From Auanema rhodensis (taxonomy: Eukaryota; Animalia; Nematoda), in NCBI GenBank assembly GCA_964057225.1, contig OZ059894.1, positions 19,592,001 through 19,656,000 on the forward strand: a stretch of 64,000 bases of DNA. The letters run 5' to 3'. This document shows positions 57,701-64,000 of this stretch, piece by piece (the stretch's first letter is position 1; every line of letters begins with the position of its first letter). The translations under genes were made by a program, and so were the position numbers. Below the pieces are notes generated by a model that was not told the DNA's origin, did no database searches, and saw nothing but the letters and a program-made list of their open reading frames with translations.

Positions 57701-60700
57701 AGTTGATATCTCGGTGCATTTTTAAGCTAGCGCAAATCTGATAACACAGAACGACGCAGCTTAAAAATTCGCATCGAATGCACTATACTACATTGAAAAA
57801 CGCTTAATACAAAAATTAGTTATGATCGTTTGAAAAATGATGCATTAGTGTATGTTGAGTTTCCATGTACACTCAACATTGCTTCCAAAAACATTTTGAC
57901 AAAAATTTTTTCGAAAAATTTCAGAATAATTTAGCAAAAAGTAGATGTTTTTAGATTTCATTTTTTAAGGCAAAGACGATGGACAATGTTATTCAACAGA
58001 AAAATTAATTCTTCAGGGTGAAAATCGAGGATATAAGTGTGAACTTATATCAGTTGATATCTCGGTGCATTTTTAAGCTAGCGCAAATCTGATAACACAG
58101 ATCGACGCAGCTTAAAAATCCGCATCGAATGCACTATACTACATTGAGAAACGCTTAATACAAAAATTAGTTATGATCGTTTGAAAAATGATGCATTAGT
58201 GTATGTTGAGTTTCCATGTACACTCAACATTGCTTCCAAAAACATTTTGACAAAATTTTTTTCGAAAAATTTCAGAATAATTTAGCAAAAAGTAGATGTT
58301 TTTAGATTCCATTTTTCAAGGCAAAGACGATGGACAATGTTATTCAACGAAAAAATTAATTCTTCAGGGTGAAAATCGAGGATATAAGTGTGAACTTATA
58401 TCAGTTGATATCTCGGTGAATTTTTAAGCTAGCGCAAATCTGATAACACAGATCGACGCAGCTTAAAAATCCGCATCGAATGCATTATACTACATTGAGA
58501 AACGCTTAATACAAAAATTAGTTATGATCGTTTGAAAAATGATGCGTTAGTGTATGTTGAGTTTCCATGTACACTCAACATTGCTTCCAAAAACATTTTG
58601 ACAAAAATTTTTTCGAAAAATTTCAAAATAATTTAGCAAAAAGTAGATGTTTTTAGATTCCATTTTTTAAGGCAAAGACGATGGACAATGTTATTCAACG
58701 GAAAAATTAATTCTTCAGGGTGAAAATCGAGGATATAAGTGTGAACTTATATCAGTTGATATCTCGGTGCATTTTTAAGCTAGCGCAAATCTGATAACAC
58801 AGAACGACGCAGCTTAAAAATCCGCATCGAATGCACTATACTACATTGAGAAACGCTTAATACAAAAATTAGTTATGATGGTTTGAAAAATGATGCATTA
58901 GTGTATGTTGAGTTTCCATGTACACTCAACATTGCTTCCAAAAACATTTTGACAAAACTTTTTTCGAGAAATTTCAAAATAATTTAGCAAAAAGTAGATG
59001 TTTTTAGATTCCTTTTTTCAAGGCAAAGACGATGGACAATGTTATTCAACGAAAAAATTAATTCTTCAGGGTGAAAATCGAGGATATAAGTGTGAACTTA
59101 TATCAGTTGATATCTCGGTGCATTTTTAAGCTAGCGCAAATCTGATAACACAGATCGACGCAGCTTAAAAATCCGCATCGAATGCACTATACTACATTGA
59201 GAAACGCTTAATACAAAAATTAGTTATGATCGTTTGAAAAATGATGCATTAGTGTATGTTGAGTTTCCATGTACACTCAACATTGCTTCCAAAAACATTT
59301 TGACAAAAATTTTTTCGAAAAATTTCAGAATAATTTAGCAAAAAGTAGATGTTTTTAGATTCCTTTTTTCAAGGCAAAGACGATGGACAATGTTATTCAA
59401 CGAAAAAATTAATTCTTCAGGGTGAAAATCGAGGATATAAGTGTGAACTTATATCAGTTGATATCTCGGTGCATTTTTAAGCTAGCGCAAATCTGATAAC
59501 ACAGAACGACGCAGCTTAAAAATTCGCATCGAATGCACTATACTACATTGAAAAACGCTTAATACAAAAATTAGTTATGATCGTTTGAAAAATGATGCAT
59601 TAGTGTATGTTGAGTTTCCATGTACACTCAACATTGCTTCCAAAAACATTTTGACAAAAATTTTTTCGAAAAATTTCAGAATAATTTAGCAAAAAGTAGA
59701 TGTTTTTAGATTCCATTTTTCAAGGCAAAGACGATGGACAATGTTATTCAACGAAAAAATTAATTCTTCAGGAAGAAAATCGAGGATATAAGTGTGAACT
59801 TATATCAGTTGATATCTCGGTGCATTTTTAAGCTAGCGCAAATCTGATAACACAGATCGACGCAGCTTAAAAATCCGCATCGAATGCACTATACTACATT
59901 GAGAAACGCTTAATACAAAAATTAGTTATGATCGTTTGAAAAATGATGCGTTAGTGTATGTTGAGTTTCCATGTACACTCAACATTGCTTCCAAAAACAT
60001 TTTGACAAAAATTTTTTCGAAAAATTTCAAAATAATTTAGCAAAAAGTAGATGTTTTTAGATTCCATTTTTTAAGGCAAAGACGATGGACAATGTTATTC
60101 AACGGAAAAATTAATTCTTCAGGGTGAAAATCGAGGATATAAGTGTGAACTTATATCAGTTGATATCTCGGTGCATTTTTAAGCTAGCGCAAATCTGATA
60201 ACACAGAACGACGCAGCTTAAAAATCCGCATCGAATGCACTATACTACATTGAGAAACGCTTAATACAAAAATTAGTTATGATGGTTTGAAAAATGATGC
60301 ATTAGTGTATGTTGAGTTTCCATGTACACTCAACATTGCTTCCAAAAACATTTTGACAAAACTTTTTTCGAGAAATTTCAAAATAATTTAGCAAAAAGTA
60401 GATGTTTTTAGATTCCTTTTTTCAAGGCAAAGACGATGGACAATGTTATTCAACGAAAAAATTAATTCTTCAGGGTGAAAATCGAGGATATAAGTGTGAA
60501 CTTATATCAGTTGATATCTCGGTGCATTTTTAAGCTAGCGCAAATCTGATAACACAGATCGACGCAGCTTAAAAATCCGCATCGAATGCACTATACTACA
60601 TTGAGAAACGCTTAATACAAAAATTAGTTATGATCGTTTGAAAAATGATGCATTAGTGTATGTTGAGTTTCCATGTACACTCAACATTGCTTCCAAAAAC

Positions 60701-61776
60701 ATTTTGACAAAAATTTTTTCGAAAAATTTCAGAATAATTTAGCAAAAAGTAGATGTTTTTAGATTCCTTTTTTCAAGGCAAAGACGATGGACAATGTTAT
60801 TCAACGAAAAAATTAATTCTTCAGGGTGAAAATCGAGGATATAAGTGTGAACTTATATCAGTTGATATCTCGGTGCATTTTTAAGCTAGCGCAAATCTGA
60901 TAACACAGAACGACGCAGCTTAAAAATTCGCATCGAATGCACTATACTACATTGAAAAACGCTTAATACAAAAATTAGTTATGATCGTTTGAAAAATGAT
61001 GCATTAGTGTATGTTGAGTTTCCATGTACACTCAACATTGCTTCCAAAAACATTTTGACAAAAATTTTTTCGAAAAATTTCAGAATAATTTAGCAAAAAG
61101 TAGATGTTTTTAGATTCCATTTTTCAAGGCAAAGACGATGGACAATGTTATTCAACGAAAAAATTAATTCTTCAGGAAGAAAATCGAGGATATAAGTGTG
61201 AACTTATATCAGTTGATATCTCGGTGCATTTTTAAGCTAGCGCAAATCTGATAACACAGATCGACGCAGCTTAAAAATCCGCATCGAATGCACTATACTA
61301 CATTGAGAAACGCTTAATACAAAAATTAGTTATGATCGTTTGAAAAATGATGCGTTAGTGTATGTTGAGTTTCCATGTACACTCAACATTGCTTCCAAAA
61401 ACATTTTGACAAAAATTTTTTCGAAAAATTTCAAAATAATTTAGCAAAAAGTAGATGTTTTTAGATTCCATTTTTTAAGGCAAAGACGATGGACAATGTT
61501 ATTCAACGAAAAAATTAATTCTTCAGGGTGAAAATCGAGGATATAAGTGTGAACTTATATCAGTTGATATCTCGGTGCATTTTTAAGCTAGCGCAAATCT
61601 GATAACACAGAACGACGCAGCTTAAAAATCCGCATCGAATGCACTATACTACATTGAGAAACGCTTAATACAAAAATTAGTTATGATCGTTTGAAAAATG
61701 ATGCATTAGTGTATGTTGAGTTTCCATGTACACTCAACATTGCTTCCAAAAACATTTTGACAAAAATTTTTTCGAG
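54757..61776. repeat. 4-5-monomer higher-order repeat domain with its own markers
   Basis: m153A/m219T/m280G monomers (55260, 57015, 58419); m51T/m84G/m263G/m341C/m351G monomers (copies 159, 164, 168, 172); m103-104 GT>AA (59773, 61177). Confidence 0.85.
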
Positions 61777-64000
61777 AAATTTCAAAATAATTTAGCAAAA
61801 AGTAGATGTTTTTAGATTCCATTTTTTAAGGCAAAGACGATGGACAATGTTATTCAACAAAAAAATTAATTCTTCAGGGTGAAAATCGAGGATATAAGTG
61901 TGAACTTATATCAGTTGATATCTCGGTGCATTTTTAAGCTAGCGCAAATCTGATAACACAGAACGACGCAGCTTAAAAATCCGCATCGAATGCACTATAC
62001 TACATTGAGAAACGCTCAATACAAAAATTAGTTATGATCGTTTGAAAAATGATGCATTAGTGTATGTTGAGTTTCCATGTACACTCAACATTGCTTCCAA
62101 AAACATTTTGACAAAAATTTTTTCGAAAAATTTCAGAATAATTTAGCAAAAAGTAGATGTTTTTAGATTCCTTTTTTCAAGGCAAAGACGATGGACAATG
62201 TTATTCAACGAAAAAATTAATTCTTCAGGGTGAAAATCGAGGATATAAGTGTGAACTTATATCAGTTGATATCTCGGTGCATTTTTAAGCTAGCGCAAAT
62301 CTGATAACACAGATCGACGCAGCTTAAAAATCCGCATCGAATGCACTATACTACATTGAAAAACGCTTAATACAAAAATTAGTTATGATCGTTTGAAAAA
62401 TGATGCATTAGTGTATGTTGAGTTTCCATGTACACTCAACATTGCTTCCAAAAACATTTTGACAAAAAGTTTTTCGAAAAATTTCAAAATAATTTAGCAA
62501 AAAGTAGATGTTTTTAGATTCCATTTTTCAAGGCAAAGACGATGGACAATGTTATTCAACGAAAAAATTAATTCTTCAGGGTGAAAATCGAGGATATAAG
62601 TGTGAACTTATATCAGTTGATATCTCGGTGCATTTTTAAGCTAGCGCAAATCTGATAACACAGAACGACGCAGCTTAAAAATCCGCATCGAATGCACTAT
62701 ACTACATTGAGAAACGCTTAATACAAAAATTAGTTATGATCGTTTGAAAAATGATGCATTAGTGTATGTTGAGTTTCCATGTACACTCAACATTGCTTCC
62801 AAAAACATTTTGACAAAAATTTTTTCGAAAAATTTCAGAATAATTTAGCAAAAAGTAGATGTTTTTAGATTCCTTTTTTCAAGGCAAAGACGATGGACAT
62901 TGTTATTCAACGAAAAAATTAATTCTTCAGGGTGAAAATCGAGGATGTAAGTGTGAACTTATATCAGTTGATATCTCGGTGCATTTTTAAGCTAGCGCAA
63001 ATCTGATAACACAGAACGACGCAGCTTAAAAATTCGCATCGAATGCACTATACTACATTGAAAAACGCTTAATACAAAAATTAGTTATGATCGTTTGAAA
63101 AATGATGCATTAGTGTATGTTGAGTTTCCATGTACACTCAACATTGCTTCCAAAAACATTTTGACAAAAATTTTTTCGAAAAATTTCGAAATAATTTAGC
63201 AAAAAGTAGATGTTTTTAGATTCCTTTTTTCAAGGCAAAGACGATGGACAATGTTATTCAACGAAAAAATTAATTCTTCAGGGTGAAAATCGAGGATATA
63301 AGTGTGAACATATATCAGTTGATATCTCGGTGCATTTTTAAGCTAGCGCAAATCTGATAACACAGAACGACGCAGCTTAAAAATTCGCATCGAATGCACT
63401 ATACTACATTGAAAAACGCTTAATACAAAAATTAGTTATGATCGTTTGAAAAATGATGCATTAGTGTATGTTGAGTTTCCATGTACACTCAACATTGCTT
63501 CCAAAAACATTTTGACAAAAATTTTTTCGAAAAATTTCGAAATAATTTAGCAAAAAGTAGATGTTTTTAGATTCCATTTTTCAAGGCAAAGACGATGGAC
63601 AATGTTATTCAACGAAAAAATCAATTCTTCATAGTGAAAATCGAGGATATAAGTGTGAACTTATATCAGTTGATATCTCGGTGCATTTTTAAGCTAGCGC
63701 AAATCTGATAACACAGAACGACGCAGCTTAAAAATCCGCATCGAATGCACTATACTACATTGAGAAACGCTTAATACAAAAATTAGTTATGATCGTTTGA
63801 AAAATGATGCGTTAGTGTATGTTGAGTTTCCATGTACACTCAACATTGCTTCCAAAAACATTTTGACAAAAAGTTTTTCGAAAAATTTCAAGATAATTTA
63901 GCAAAAAGTAGATGTTTTTAGATTCCATTTTTTAAGGCAAAGACGATGGACAATGTTATTCAACGAAAAAATTAATTCTTCAGGGTGAAAATCGAGGATA

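Larger units (their letters stand above)
1..64000. repeat. Tandem satellite DNA array, 351-bp monomer, about 182.3 copies, head-to-tail, roughly 98-100% identity between copies
   Basis: The monomer start AAATTTC recurs at 1, 352, 703, 3511, 7021, 14041, 35101, 63181 and 63883, all equal to k*351+1. The array runs off both window ends. Differences are substitutions only. Confidence 0.99.

Noticed and set aside
1-64000. CRISPR-like or cassette array
   Set aside because: There are no unique spacers or cargo; the entire unit repeats.

Overview
The whole 64 kb window is one uninterrupted, head-to-tail tandem array (satellite DNA) of a 351-bp monomer, about 31% GC by hand count of monomer 1. There are 182 full copies plus a partial one. 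Copy n starts at (n-1)*351+1 throughout, so there is no net indel, inversion or insertion. No genes, RNA genes, transposon ORFs or CRISPR spacers are supported, and all six frames carry stops in each monomer. Copies differ by only a few substitutions at a small set of recurrent positions. These reveal local higher-order repeats (3-, 5-, 6-, 7-, 10- and 4/5-mers) and a layered layout in which the same rare haplotype lies near both ends of the window. The monomer is rich in inverted repeats and looks like a diverged dimer (about 162 + 189 bp) of a roughly 125-bp nested-palindrome module. Several variants perfect local palindromes (a template-switch signature), and one common variant creates a perfect heat-shock element in 33 copies. 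It is most likely eukaryotic (peri)centromeric or heterochromatic DNA from a weakly CpG-methylated genome (inference); I cannot name the species or family. Positions written mNNN are within the monomer and equal window coordinates in copy 1. Variant lists were read by eye.
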